From assembly GCA_965226375.1 (NCBI GenBank), contig CBDDCX010000005.1:224001-288000 (forward strand): a stretch of 64,000 bases of DNA, given 5' to 3'. A model generated the notes under the pieces. The model was not told the DNA's origin and did no database searches. It saw only the letters and a program-made list of their open reading frames with translations. Origin of the DNA: Longimicrobiales bacterium (GTDB taxonomy: Bacteria > Gemmatimonadota > Gemmatimonadetes > Longimicrobiales > Gaopeijiaceae). Every line of letters begins with the position of its first letter. Within the stretch, counting starts at the first letter, position 1. The position numbers and the translations under genes were made by a program. Shown here in pieces: positions 18,290 through 28,110 of this stretch.

Positions 18290-19354
18290 TGGGGTATTGC
18301 CTTAAGTCCACCGCCCACTACATGTTGTGGTCATGGCGGTTCCGGCTTCTCAGCTCCGTGGCGGCGTGGACTATCCCCGTACGCGGCTGGAGCTGGACGA
18401 GTTCTTCCCCGACGATGCGGCATGCCTGGAGTACGTGGAGGGTCTGCGCTGGCCGGAAGGGTTTGTGTGCGTGGGCTGTGGCGGGTTGGGAGAGGTCTGG
18501 CGAGCATCGCGGGGGCGTCTCGTCTGCCCACACTGTCGAAGGCAGACCTCGGTGCTGGCGGGAACCGTGTTCCACCGCACGCGCTCGCCCCTGCGTCTGT
18601 GGTTTCTCGCTGCCTGGGAGCTCACGAGCCAGAAATACGGAGCCAATGCTCTCGGGCTCCAGCGCGTGCTCGGACTGGGAAGCTACAAGACAGCGTGGGT
18701 CTGGCTCCACAAGCTCCGCCGGGCCATGGTCCGACCGGATCGCGACCAGCTGAGCGGCGTTGTGCAAGTGGACGAGAGCTATGTCGGGGGCGTGGAGGCT
18801 GGAGTGCGGGGCCGCGAGACGATCAAGAAGGCCATCGTCGCGATCGCCGCCGAGGTCGACGGACGCAAGATCGGGAGAATACGGCTGCGTTGGGTGCCCG
18901 ACCTCTCCGCTCCGGTTCTGCGAGGCTTCGTCAAGGATAGCATCGCACCGGCAAGCACGGTGCATACCGACGGATGGCCAAGCTATCAGGGACTCGCCAA
19001 ACTGGGCTTTCGCCACACGGTCACGAACCTCTCGACCTCCGGCGATCCCGCTCACGTGCTCATGTCGGCCGTACATCGGGTGGCGTCTCTCCTCAAGCGC
19101 TGGGTCCTCGGAACCCTCCAAGGAGGGATCGCCCGCGAACACCTCCCCTACTATCTGGACGAGTTCACCTTTCGCTTCAACCGACGCACATCCCGGGCTC
19201 GCGGCCTGTTGTTCTACCGCTTGCTTGAGCAGGCTGTTCAGTGTGCTCCCACGCCAGCTTCGGCCCTTTACCTCGGCACCGGACGTGGGAAACGGCCCGC
19301 AGAGCCCCGGTAACCACTATATCTTGGGGTCGGTGGACTTAAGGGAATACCCCC
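18290..19354 (+). mobile_element. IS1595-family insertion sequence, copy 2 (tandem)
   Basis: 1076-bp period repeat of copy 1; followed by TTTGCGTGAA at 19355-19364. Confidence 0.93.
18327..19313 (+). CDS. IS1595-family transposase
   Basis: Protein identical to that of copy 1. Confidence 0.95.
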   Translation: MVMAVPASQLRGGVDYPRTRLELDEFFPDDAACLEYVEGLRWPEGFVCVGCGGLGEVWRASRGRLVCPHCRRQTSVLAGTVFHRTRSPLRLWFLAAWELTSQKYGANALGLQRVLGLGSYKTAWVWLHKLRRAMVRPDRDQLSGVVQVDESYVGGVEAGVRGRETIKKAIVAIAAEVDGRKIGRIRLRWVPDLSAPVLRGFVKDSIAPASTVHTDGWPSYQGLAKLGFRHTVTNLSTSGDPAHVLMSAVHRVASLLKRWVLGTLQGGIAREHLPYYLDEFTFRFNRRTSRARGLLFYRLLEQAVQCAPTPASALYLGTGRGKRPAEPR

Positions 19355-19502
19355 TTTGCGTGAATATCATAGCAATATGGTGACTCCGGACCGGGCGCGC
19401 ATCGCTTCCGGACAACACGTTAGAGGATCCGTTCGAATTCAAACTGATCTTCTACCGAGAGCGCGCGTTGCGCCTGTTGAGGACGCCTTCGATCTTGGCC
19501 AC

Positions 19503-21317
19503 ATGCAGATCGGCTACATAGACGGCCCGCGCCTCCGCAGGGCGCTCGCGGCGGCGTGTCAGTGGGCTGCCCAACAGCGTAGTGAGCTCAACCGGATCAA
19601 CGTCTTTCCGGTGCCGGACGGAGACACAGGGACCAACCTGGCCCTCACGGTCCAGGCCATTTCAGACCATCTGGAGGGGGACACGCACCGCTCGGTGGGC
19701 CATGTGGCCCAGGAGGCGGCAGAGGCTGCGGTGTTGGGTGCCCGTGGCAACTGCGGCATGATGTTATCACATTTCCTTCTCGGATTCGCTGGCGTGCTGA
19801 AGCATAGGGATCGTATCGACGCCGAGGAGTTTGCGATGGCGCTCACCGCCGGGGTGGAGCACCTGTACGCGGCCATAGAGCAACCGGTCGAGGGAACGAT
19901 ACTCACCGTGATGCGAGAGACGGCCGAGGCGGTCTCCGTGGCACAGACCGCCGACATCGCTGCGCTGATGGAGCACATGCTGGAGAAGGCCCAGGACTCC
20001 CTGCTGCGCACGCCCGAGTTGCTCCCCGTACTCAAGTCCGCGGGGGTGGTGGATGCGGGCGCCAAAGGATTCGTGAGCCTTCTCGAAGGGGTGGTCCTCT
20101 TCCTCCATGGGGATCCGCTGACGGAGAAGGTCCAGGGCGAATTCGCGGCTGGTCCGCCGGCCGTGGCCATGGTGGAGTACCCCGACCGCGACGAGCGGTA
20201 TCGCTTTTGCACAGAGGCCCTCGTACGTGGGGAAGGGCTGCCCACTCAACGCGAGGTACGTGACCGGCTCCGCGAGCGTGGCGACTCGATGATCGTCATC
20301 CGCTCCGGCGACGTGCTCAAGCTGCACATCCATACCGACGATCCTGAAGACGTCTTCGAGTACCTGAAGGGTCTGGGCAACCTGGTGACCCACAAGGCAG
20401 AGGACATGAAGGCTCAGCACGCTGCCGTGGGACGAGCGGGCACTTCGCACCTCTCTTTGGCTCGTCGTCCGGTGGGGATCGTCACCGACAGCGCCGCCGA
20501 TCTTCCCGAAGAGATCGTGCGCGCCCACGGCATTCAGGTGGTGCCCCTAATGCTGGTGGACGGTGATGACGTCTACCGGGACGGAGTCGACGTGACGGCT
20601 GAGCAGTTCCACGAGATGCTTGCCAAACAGGAAGCGTTGCCGACTACCTCACAGCCGCCACCCGGTGCGTTCCTAGAGGGATGCAAGCGGGCCGCCGAGG
20701 ACGCCGAACAGGTGGTGGGTGTGATCCTCGGATCGGGCCTCTCGGGGACGTTCACGTCCGCTGAAGCAGCCGTTTCGAGGGCGGATGGGCTTCCGGTTCG
20801 GCTCGTGGACTCACTAGGCGCATCTCTCCTCCAGGGTCTCCTGGTGCTGAAGGCGACCGAGATGGCTGAGATGGGTCAGAAGCCGGACGAGATCGTCTCC
20901 GAGCTCGACCGTATCCGAGCCCGGTCCGGCATCCTGTTCACGGTGGAGACTTTCGATCGACTGTTGGCCTCGGGCCGTGTCGGGAGGGGCAAGGCGCTCC
21001 TGGGAACGCTCCTGAACGTGAAGCCCATTCTCGGGCTGGATGCGGCGGGTAGGGTGGTCCCCAAGGGAAAGGCCATCGGCCGTAACCGTGTCATGGCAGC
21101 GCTCCTGGACGTCATGGCCGGGGACATGGGAGAGGTGCCCGAAAAGGTCCGGTTCGGCATCGTACATGTGGGCGCTCCCGACATCGTCCCCGAAGTGAGG
21201 GAGAAGCTGATCGAGCGGTACGGGAAAGTGGAGATGCTGAGCGCGCCGGCGACCCCCGTGATCTCCACCCACCTAGGTACGGGAGCGTGGGGTGTCGCCT
21301 ATATGGTGGAGGACTAG
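19503..21317 (+). CDS. DAK2 (FakA-like) + DegV (FakB-like) fusion protein
   Basis: NVFPVPDGDTGTN, GARGN, PVEGTILTV, VVDAG; then IVTDSAAD, TTSQP, SGLSGT, HLGTGA. Confidence 0.9.
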   Translation: MQIGYIDGPRLRRALAAACQWAAQQRSELNRINVFPVPDGDTGTNLALTVQAISDHLEGDTHRSVGHVAQEAAEAAVLGARGNCGMMLSHFLLGFAGVLKHRDRIDAEEFAMALTAGVEHLYAAIEQPVEGTILTVMRETAEAVSVAQTADIAALMEHMLEKAQDSLLRTPELLPVLKSAGVVDAGAKGFVSLLEGVVLFLHGDPLTEKVQGEFAAGPPAVAMVEYPDRDERYRFCTEALVRGEGLPTQREVRDRLRERGDSMIVIRSGDVLKLHIHTDDPEDVFEYLKGLGNLVTHKAEDMKAQHAAVGRAGTSHLSLARRPVGIVTDSAADLPEEIVRAHGIQVVPLMLVDGDDVYRDGVDVTAEQFHEMLAKQEALPTTSQPPPGAFLEGCKRAAEDAEQVVGVILGSGLSGTFTSAEAAVSRADGLPVRLVDSLGASLLQGLLVLKATEMAEMGQKPDEIVSELDRIRARSGILFTVETFDRLLASGRVGRGKALLGTLLNVKPILGLDAAGRVVPKGKAIGRNRVMAALLDVMAGDMGEVPEKVRFGIVHVGAPDIVPEVREKLIERYGKVEMLSAPATPVISTHLGTGAWGVAYMVED

Positions 21318-21358
21318 AAGGCTGTTGAAGAAGCAGCCTTCTAGAGTCAGGACACTAG
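21314..21358. repeat. Stacked CTAG-bounded element scars between convergent stop codons
   Basis: CTAG-AAGGCTGTTGAAGAAGCAGCCTT-CTAG-AGTCAGGACA-CTAG. Confidence 0.7.
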
Positions 21359-21639
21359 GGGAGCGGTTCACCGATCGCCACGACGGCGTGTTCGGGCACC
21401 AGATGCAGGTCGTCTTCTACGAGCCGTGCAGCTTCGTGGAGGATGATCACCAGCGTGCCGGCCGTCAGCCCGTCATCCTGCCCCGGAATGTCGTACTCGT
21501 CGCTCGGTGAATGAAGAACGATCTGACCGCGACGTAGGGTCCGGTCCGCGCACGTGCCCACGAGTCGGACGGTAGCCCAACCCGGGCGCGGTGCCCAAAC
21601 CATGTTCGTGGGTGTCCTCATGCGTCTGTCATACGGCAT
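21355..21639 (-). CDS. Small hypothetical protein
   Basis: AAGGAG RBS; directly follows the 21650 gene on the same strand. Confidence 0.6.
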   Translation of the reverse strand: MPYDRRMRTPTNMVWAPRPGWATVRLVGTCADRTLRRGQIVLHSPSDEYDIPGQDDGLTAGTLVIILHEAARLVEDDLHLVPEHAVVAIGEPLP

Positions 21640-21649
21640 CGAATCTCCT

Positions 21650-22096
21650 TTACTCCCTCAGTCGCTGGCGTCCCGAGACCAATAGATCGTACGTGGCCCG
21701 TTGGGCCGGTGACAACTCCGGAGGCAGTCCCACGACCAGCGCTCGACCCTTACTCCCCTCTGGAATGTGAAGGATCATGCGGTCCTCGGGGGTCGGGGGT
21801 TGGTATCCGTGGGTGCGTCCGGTTACGTCGACCTCGACCGGCTTTCCCGGAGTACTCAACGCGGCTAGGCGACACCCGTATTCTCTCCACGAGGTCAGGG
21901 GATCGGCCCCTTTTTCGGCAATTGCGGGGATGAGCTCTTGCTGGTAGTAGTCGACTGCCGCGCGGTAGGCGTCCGGATCGGAAGCCTTCATTTCCCGAAG
22001 ACGCTCCCGATAGAATTCCCGGGGGTCCTTAGCGTTGGTCCGCTTCAGCGTTTCTTCGAAGAGATCGTCGGCCCGGTTCTGTAGCGCCTCGTCCAT
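21650..22096 (-). CDS. Hypothetical protein
   Basis: 148-aa ORF with normal composition; fills the gap between neighbours. Confidence 0.75.
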   Translation of the reverse strand: MDEALQNRADDLFEETLKRTNAKDPREFYRERLREMKASDPDAYRAAVDYYQQELIPAIAEKGADPLTSWREYGCRLAALSTPGKPVEVDVTGRTHGYQPPTPEDRMILHIPEGSKGRALVVGLPPELSPAQRATYDLLVSGRQRLRE

Positions 22097-22219
22097 GTTG
22101 TACCGTCATAAGTGGTTGGTCTTCGCCTTGGCGCCTGCCCTGGGTAAACCGAAGTATTGTTGCGCCATTCCCCCTCGTCTACCTTAATACCCCCCTCCGA
22201 GTGCCCAGGAGCGTAGCCC

Positions 22220-22762
22220 ATGCATGATATGCAACCCTCGCCGGCTCCCAACTACCGCGGCACCGACGAATACCTCGACCTGTCCTGGGAGATGTTTGGC
22301 GAGCTCTGTCGTGCCCTCGCCTTTCGCGTTGCCCGGGATTACCACCCGGACCTGGTAGTGGGCATCGCCCGCACGGGTGCGATTCCGGCCGCCATCGTCG
22401 CTTCAATCCTGCGGGTGGACTTCTACTCCATGACCATCTCGCGCAAACAGGGGGGCATGGAGATTCTGGAGCGGCCGTCGGTTTTGTCGGCGGCCCCGAT
22501 CCAGGCGCGAGGCAAGAGGGTGCTCCTGGTGGACGAGATCGCTACCTCCGGTGACACGCTGCGCCTGGGTCTGGCCGCCGTCCGGGACATTGGTCCCACG
22601 GAGGTGCGCACCGCCACGAGCTTCGCGCGCACCCACGGGTATAAGGCGGACTACTTCGCCCTCGAGACCGATGCCACCATCATCTTCCCGTGGGACCGCA
22701 AGGTCTTCGAGGGAGAGCGTCTGGTGGTCAATCCGCGCTACCAGGGTGCCGTAGACGAGTGA
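22220..22762 (+). CDS. Type I phosphoribosyltransferase (Gpt/Hpt-like)
   Basis: VVGIARTG, VLLVDEIATSGDT, IIFPWD. Confidence 0.9.
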   Translation: MHDMQPSPAPNYRGTDEYLDLSWEMFGELCRALAFRVARDYHPDLVVGIARTGAIPAAIVASILRVDFYSMTISRKQGGMEILERPSVLSAAPIQARGKRVLLVDEIATSGDTLRLGLAAVRDIGPTEVRTATSFARTHGYKADYFALETDATIIFPWDRKVFEGERLVVNPRYQGAVDE

Positions 22763-22767
22763 CGCCC

Positions 22768-22801
22768 CCCGCCCGGGGCCGGTCCTGCCGGCCCGGGCGG
22801 G
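22768..22801. terminator. GC hairpin between convergent genes
   Basis: CCCGCCCGGGGCCGG-TCCTG-CCGGCCCGGGCGGG. Confidence 0.45.
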
Positions 22802-22842
22802 CAGCGAGTCGCGGCTGACCCCGCCGCACGCTCAAGTTCTTA

Positions 22843-24849
22843 TTAGCGCCAAGCTCCGCCCGACTCGTCCACGGCTGAGAGCCTGTGCGCCTCTCGCACC
22901 AATTCCACGAATTCAGTCCGATATCCCTGCGGGTCCGCTCCTACGGCGCTTTGCGCCCAGCGAAGAATCTCCTCCATGTCGGTGCTCCCACAATACCTGG
23001 AGTCTCGGAGGACCATCCCGAACGCGGCTACCGAAGCGGCGAACGTGAAATCAGTCGAGGGCATGGTCGTCCCGTCGATCACCGTGTGGGTGAGCAGTCG
23101 ACTCCGTTTTCCGTCGGGATCCTTGTAACGCAGCTTCACGAACAACAGTTCTGGACCGAAAGCTTCTCGGTTGATCTCGGTGGACTGATAGCGCAGGTCG
23201 TCCAGGCCGCGGACCGGTGTGGCGCTCGCCACGCCTGTGGGGATCACTTCGTAAAGAGCCGTGACGGTGTGCCCGGCACCGAGGTCACCGGCGTCCTTGG
23301 TATCGTCGTTGAAGTCCTCCGCCGCCAGCATCCGATTTTCGTACCCGATCAGGCGATACCCACTTATTCGTGTGGGATTGAACTCCACCTGGACCTTCAG
23401 GTCCTTGGCGATGGTGTGCAGGGTGCCGCCGAACTCGCTCACCAGGACCTTGCGCGCCTCGAGTTCGGTGTCGATGTACGCGAAGTTGCCATTCCCGTGG
23501 TCGGCCAGCTTCTCCATCTTGGCGTCTTGCAGGTTGCCTGTGCCGAAGCCGAGAACAGTCAGGAAGGTGCCTTCGTCGCGTCGCTCCTCGATGAGCCGGA
23601 CCATCTCCGCATCGCTGGAAGCACCGACATTGAAGTCACCGTCCGTGGCCAGGATGATCCGGTTGTTGCCACCCTCGACGTGATACCGCTGCGCGATGTC
23701 GTAGGCGAGCTGGAGCCCGGCCCCCCCTGCGGTCGAGCCTCCGGCCTCCAGGCGATCGAGGGCGTCCAGGATAATTCCCTTGTCACTGCCCGCGGTCGGC
23801 TCGAGCACCAACCCGGCGGCTCCGGCGTACACGACGATGGCCACTCGGTCCTCTGGACGTATCTGATCGATCAGCAGCCGCAGGGCGGCCTTGAGAAGCG
23901 GCAGCTTGTTAGCCGGCCTCATGGAGCCCGACACGTCCAGCAGGAACACGAGGTTGCTGGCTGGCAGGTCCTCGGTGTCGATCCTTCGCCCCTGGATGCC
24001 GATGCGTACCAGATGATGGAGAGGGTTCCACGGCGCCGGCGCCATTTCCGTGTGGACCACGAACGGGTCCGGTCCGTCGGGCGCCTCCAGGTCGTAGGTG
24101 AAATAGTTGATCAACTCCTCGATACGAACAGCGTCGGCGGGAGGAAGCTGCCCCCCGCGGATGAAGCGGCGGACGTTGGCGTAGGACGCCCGGTCCACGT
24201 CGATGCCGAACGTCGACAGCGGATTCGGCCCCACGGCCAGGAACTCGTTCTCGTAGATCCGCTCGTAACCTTCGCGCTCGAAGTTCGGGTGATAACGCCC
24301 GGAGGGGGTGTATTCCCGCTGGTGTATACCACCGAGAACCACCATCCCGGGCCGGGCCAACATCCCGTTCACCGGGAGTGCCTCTACCTTGCGGCGTGCG
24401 TCTTCGACGGCTCGTGACGCGACCAATACAGCGCCGTTCCCACGAGGTCTTTGCCCGTCCGGGTCCATCGCAGCCACGGCGGTGACGGCGAACTCGTCCC
24501 TCGGTAGCCACTCCAGGGCCTGCCGCCTTGTGGACTCGAGAGCGAAGTCCACTCGGGCGGAGTCGGCCCCCGGAGTCACCTGCCGCGTCATGGACCTGTA
24601 GCCGATGAGTGCCGCTCGGATCGTAAGTGCGCCCTTGGTCGTCGCGCCGAGCCCGAGCGAATAGCCTCCGTCCCTGGCGGTCAGGGTGCTAGTCATGAGA
24701 CCGTCCGCGTAGATCTGGACGCCCGACAGCGGCGTGCCCGTGGCCGCGTCGGTTACGGTGCCGAGGATCACGCCGAGCGAGCGTACGCCCGGGCGTTCGT
24801 CGGCGATGAGCCCTGCGAGAAGTGCCATTAAGAGTGTCAAGGTGCGCAC
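22843..24849 (-). CDS. YfbK-like vWA domain protein with N-terminal carboxypeptidase-regulatory-like domain
   Basis: LSTFGIDVDRASY, RIEELINYF, LLDVSGSM (MIDAS), LATDGDFNVG, YRLIGYENR. Confidence 0.92.
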   Translation of the reverse strand: MRTLTLLMALLAGLIADERPGVRSLGVILGTVTDAATGTPLSGVQIYADGLMTSTLTARDGGYSLGLGATTKGALTIRAALIGYRSMTRQVTPGADSARVDFALESTRRQALEWLPRDEFAVTAVAAMDPDGQRPRGNGAVLVASRAVEDARRKVEALPVNGMLARPGMVVLGGIHQREYTPSGRYHPNFEREGYERIYENEFLAVGPNPLSTFGIDVDRASYANVRRFIRGGQLPPADAVRIEELINYFTYDLEAPDGPDPFVVHTEMAPAPWNPLHHLVRIGIQGRRIDTEDLPASNLVFLLDVSGSMRPANKLPLLKAALRLLIDQIRPEDRVAIVVYAGAAGLVLEPTAGSDKGIILDALDRLEAGGSTAGGAGLQLAYDIAQRYHVEGGNNRIILATDGDFNVGASSDAEMVRLIEERRDEGTFLTVLGFGTGNLQDAKMEKLADHGNGNFAYIDTELEARKVLVSEFGGTLHTIAKDLKVQVEFNPTRISGYRLIGYENRMLAAEDFNDDTKDAGDLGAGHTVTALYEVIPTGVASATPVRGLDDLRYQSTEINREAFGPELLFVKLRYKDPDGKRSRLLTHTVIDGTTMPSTDFTFAASVAAFGMVLRDSRYCGSTDMEEILRWAQSAVGADPQGYRTEFVELVREAHRLSAVDESGGAWR

Positions 24850-25011
24850 CGTGGTTCCTCCATCAGTGGTCCGTCGCGGGACCGAAGGAACCGTTCCCGC
24901 CTACTTCAACCGACGAACGAAGGGCTCAGACTTGCACACCTCGTGGGGGATTCGCGGCGGACTCGCCGCGTGGGGCGTGAGATGTGAGGGGGGGATACTG
25001 TGGAGTCGTGC

Positions 25012-26265
25012 CTACTCGCCGGCGGCCATGGACTCCATGAACTCCTGATTCGTTTCGGTCCGACCCATACGGGCGAGTAGGAACTCGATGGCCTCGGTGG
25101 GGGGCATGTCGGAGAGGAAGTTGCGCAGGAGGTAGACCCGGTTCAGCTCGTGGGGAGTGAGGAGCAGTTCTTCCTTCCGGGTGCCGGATCGGTTGATGTC
25201 GATCGCGGGGAATATCCTCTTGTCCGAGATGTGGCGGTCCAGGATCAGCTCCATGTTCCCGGTCCCCTTGAATTCCTCGAAAATGACCTCGTCCATACGG
25301 CTCCCGGTCTCCACCAGGGCCGTCGCGATAATGGTCAGGGATCCGCCGCCGTCGATGTTTCGTGCGGCCCCGAAGAAACGCTTGGGCTTGTGCAGGGCGT
25401 TCGCGTCCACCCCGCCAGACAGGATCTTACCCGAGTGGGGCACGGTCGTGTTGTATGCCCGCGCCAGCCGCGTAATCGAGTCCAGGAGGACGACGACGTC
25501 CTTTCCGTGCTCCACCAGCCGCTTGGCCTTCTCCAGCACCATCTCCGCTACCTGCGTGTGGCGGGACGCGGGTTCGTCGAAGGTGGAGGAGATGACCTCA
25601 CCGTCGACGTGCTCCTCCATGTCCGTTACTTCCTCGGGGCGTTCGTCGATGAGCAGGACGATGAGATGCACGTCGGGATGGTTGGCTGTGATCGCGTTGG
25701 CGATCTTCTGCAGGAGGATCGTCTTGCCCGCCTTGGGCGGGGAGACGATCAAGCCGCGTTGCCCCATCCCGACCGGAGCCACCAGATCCATGACCCTCAT
25801 CGACAGATCCTCGTCTGCAACCTCGAGGGTCAGTCGGTCCTCAGGGTAGCGGGGCCGCAGGTTGTCGAAGGCGATGCGCTGTTTGGCGTTGTCGGGGTCG
25901 TCGCCATTGACGCTCTCTACCTTGAGCAACGCTAGATAGCGTTCGCCTTCCTTGGGAGGCCGTACCTGGCCGAGGACGGTGTCCCCCGTCCGTAGGTCGA
26001 AGCGCTTGATCTGAGAGGGACTTACATAGATGTCGTCCGGACCATAGAGATAATTCCAGTCTTGCGAGCGCAGGAATCCGTAGCCCTCCGTCAAGATCTC
26101 GAGGACTCCTTCGCCTCGCAGGACCACATCATGGTCGAGCAGATTCTGCTCGATTCGAAAGATGAGGTCTTGCTTGCGGAGCCCCGAATAGTTGGAGATG
26201 TTGAGTTCCTCCGCCAAATCATGGAGGTCTCCAACGCTCTTGCTCTTCAACTGCGCGATGTCCAC
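25012..26265 (-). CDS. rho: Transcription termination factor Rho
   Basis: [43 protein letters not shown]. Confidence 0.98.
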   Translation of the reverse strand: MDIAQLKSKSVGDLHDLAEELNISNYSGLRKQDLIFRIEQNLLDHDVVLRGEGVLEILTEGYGFLRSQDWNYLYGPDDIYVSPSQIKRFDLRTGDTVLGQVRPPKEGERYLALLKVESVNGDDPDNAKQRIAFDNLRPRYPEDRLTLEVADEDLSMRVMDLVAPVGMGQRGLIVSPPKAGKTILLQKIANAITANHPDVHLIVLLIDERPEEVTDMEEHVDGEVISSTFDEPASRHTQVAEMVLEKAKRLVEHGKDVVVLLDSITRLARAYNTTVPHSGKILSGGVDANALHKPKRFFGAARNIDGGGSLTIIATALVETGSRMDEVIFEEFKGTGNMELILDRHISDKRIFPAIDINRSGTRKEELLLTPHELNRVYLLRNFLSDMPPTEAIEFLLARMGRTETNQEFMESMAAGE

Positions 26266-26441
26266 TTCTACTCCGGGTTGCACACCGACTGCGGCTACGT
26301 GGCCGAAACGGCAAGTCGGGGTCTAATGCGTCAGGCTGGAGGGGAACACGAGAACAAGACCTGCGAGGAGTTCGGCGAGTCCGGCGTCCACGCGGTGGGA
26401 GCCGGGCGCCCGGGTGTGCTGAGGGGACCGAGTCGATTTTA

Positions 26442-27602
26442 ATGGCGGACGGGGAGGGGGTCAAGAGTTCGTCCGGTACTTGGATGACCATCTTGGCCAC
26501 GTACCGCATGGGTTTGGTGGGCGACACGGAGCTCGTTGTCGGTGAGCTGAATGAGGGCCTCGACGCTAGAGATCTGCTCGTTGTGGCGGCTCTCGAGGAC
26601 TGGGACGGACCGGCGTACCTGACCAACACGGATGGCGGCGTCGAGGTGGCCCTTCTACGCCCGAGTCGCACGCGGGCACCCCGGCCCTGGGTCATCCACG
26701 CCGTCCTTCTTCTGCTCACATTCTTCACGACCTTCATGGCGGGCGCTCTGCTGCGAGGGATCGATCCGCTAGCGACGGAGTTCGTCGACGTCTGGGGCGC
26801 CGGAATTCCGGTTCCCACCACCGTGAACTGGACGCAGATGGCCGTCGGCGCGCCCTTCGCTCTTACGCTGATGACCATCCTGATGGCACACGAGATGGGC
26901 CATTTCCTGATGGCGAGACGGCATCAAGTCCCGGCGAGTCTTCCGTACTTCATCCCCTTTCCCGCGTACTATTCGGCCATCGGTACATTGGGCGCCTTCA
27001 TCCGTATACGTGGACCCATCGTGAGGCGCTCCGTTCTGCTCGACATCGGAGTCGGAGGTCCTGTCGCGAGCTTCGTTCTCTCCCTCCTATTCCTTATGGT
27101 GGGGCTCTCGCTCTCCGAGCCGGTCGGTGGCATGGTCGGATCGGGAATGACCATGGTCGTCGAGTTCGCGGGTCAACCGATCTGGTTGGGATCGGGCCTT
27201 GCCGTCCACGGGATCCTGTACCTCTTCTTTCCCGCCGACCTCGGCACCAACGTGATCCTCCTTCATCCCGTGGCCTTCGCCGCTTGGCTCGGGCTGTTCG
27301 TCACCTTCCTCAACCTGCTTCCGTTCGGCCAATTGGATGGCGGGCACATCCTGCACGCGCTCTCGAAACGGGCGCAACGGTGGGCGGGGCCGGTTTGCCT
27401 GCTCGCCCTGCTACCCCTTGGCCGACTCTGGTGGGGATGGTGGATCTGGGCGGGACTCGCCGTGCTCTTGAGCCGGGGACGCCTTGCCCACCCGAAGGTG
27501 CTTCAGCCCCAAGTGGGGCTGGACCCCCTTCGGACCGCGATCGCATGGTCGGCCATCTTCATCTTTTTTCTGACCTTTGTGCCACTCCCCGTGCGTTTCT
27601 GA
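26442..27602 (+). CDS. Site-2 protease (M50) family membrane metalloprotease
   Basis: HEMGH and NLLPFGQLDGGH; start uncertain. Confidence 0.9.
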   Translation: MADGEGVKSSSGTWMTILATYRMGLVGDTELVVGELNEGLDARDLLVVAALEDWDGPAYLTNTDGGVEVALLRPSRTRAPRPWVIHAVLLLLTFFTTFMAGALLRGIDPLATEFVDVWGAGIPVPTTVNWTQMAVGAPFALTLMTILMAHEMGHFLMARRHQVPASLPYFIPFPAYYSAIGTLGAFIRIRGPIVRRSVLLDIGVGGPVASFVLSLLFLMVGLSLSEPVGGMVGSGMTMVVEFAGQPIWLGSGLAVHGILYLFFPADLGTNVILLHPVAFAAWLGLFVTFLNLLPFGQLDGGHILHALSKRAQRWAGPVCLLALLPLGRLWWGWWIWAGLAVLLSRGRLAHPKVLQPQVGLDPLRTAIAWSAIFIFFLTFVPLPVRF

Positions 27603-27681
27603 GTCGGAGCGAATTGATTCTTCCGTATGTAGTGAAACGTCAAATAGGGAAAGCGCTTTCCGGTTTTGTAGGAAAAGAAAC

Positions 27682-27710
27682 TTGACAATTTCCCGAACCG
27701 GGTAAACATT
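27682..27710 (+). promoter_or_regulatory. Putative sigma-70 promoter
   Basis: TTGACA-17 bp-AACATT in an AT-rich patch, ~40 bp before ATG 27751. Confidence 0.5.
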
Positions 27711-27750
27711 CGTTTGCTCTTCGTTTTTTTTGCTATTTTTCGGAGGCTAC

Positions 27751-28110
27751 ATGGGGAGGCACAACCGGGAGGGCAAGGGCGCGGACCAGCAAGGTTTCGA
27801 GTACCACATCAACTATCAGCCGGATTGGCTTCGGTTGGTCAAGGTCACTCGAACGCTGGACAGCGGCCGACAGTCCACCAAGACGCTTTTCCGAAACCCG
27901 GCGAAGAAACGTGAGGTGAGTCCCGGAGAGCGGGTCCGCACACGGATCATGTCGCCGGGTCAGGGTGTCGATATGGAGGTGGCGGTCTCGGATCCGTATC
28001 AACTCGTGCGCAGGGTCCAGGTTACCTGCATGATTCCCACGTCGGACGGGGGCGCAGAAGAGATCGTGTACACGTTGGAAGACGACATGCCCGTGGCGTC
28101 ACGCGGCTGA
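27751..28110 (+). CDS. Hypothetical protein
   Basis: GGAGG RBS and a candidate promoter; 119 aa. Confidence 0.75.
   Translation: MGRHNREGKGADQQGFEYHINYQPDWLRLVKVTRTLDSGRQSTKTLFRNPAKKREVSPGERVRTRIMSPGQGVDMEVAVSDPYQLVRRVQVTCMIPTSDGGAEEIVYTLEDDMPVASRG

Noticed and set aside
17684..18940. 418-aa ORF spanning the IS-IS junction
   Set aside because: Alternative-frame read-through in GC-rich IS DNA, Arg/Pro/Gly-rich with no motifs
22885..24417. Long antisense ORFs (510 aa here, 467 aa at 43050-44453, 451 aa at 56442-57797)
   Set aside because: Shadow frames of well-supported genes, expected at high GC
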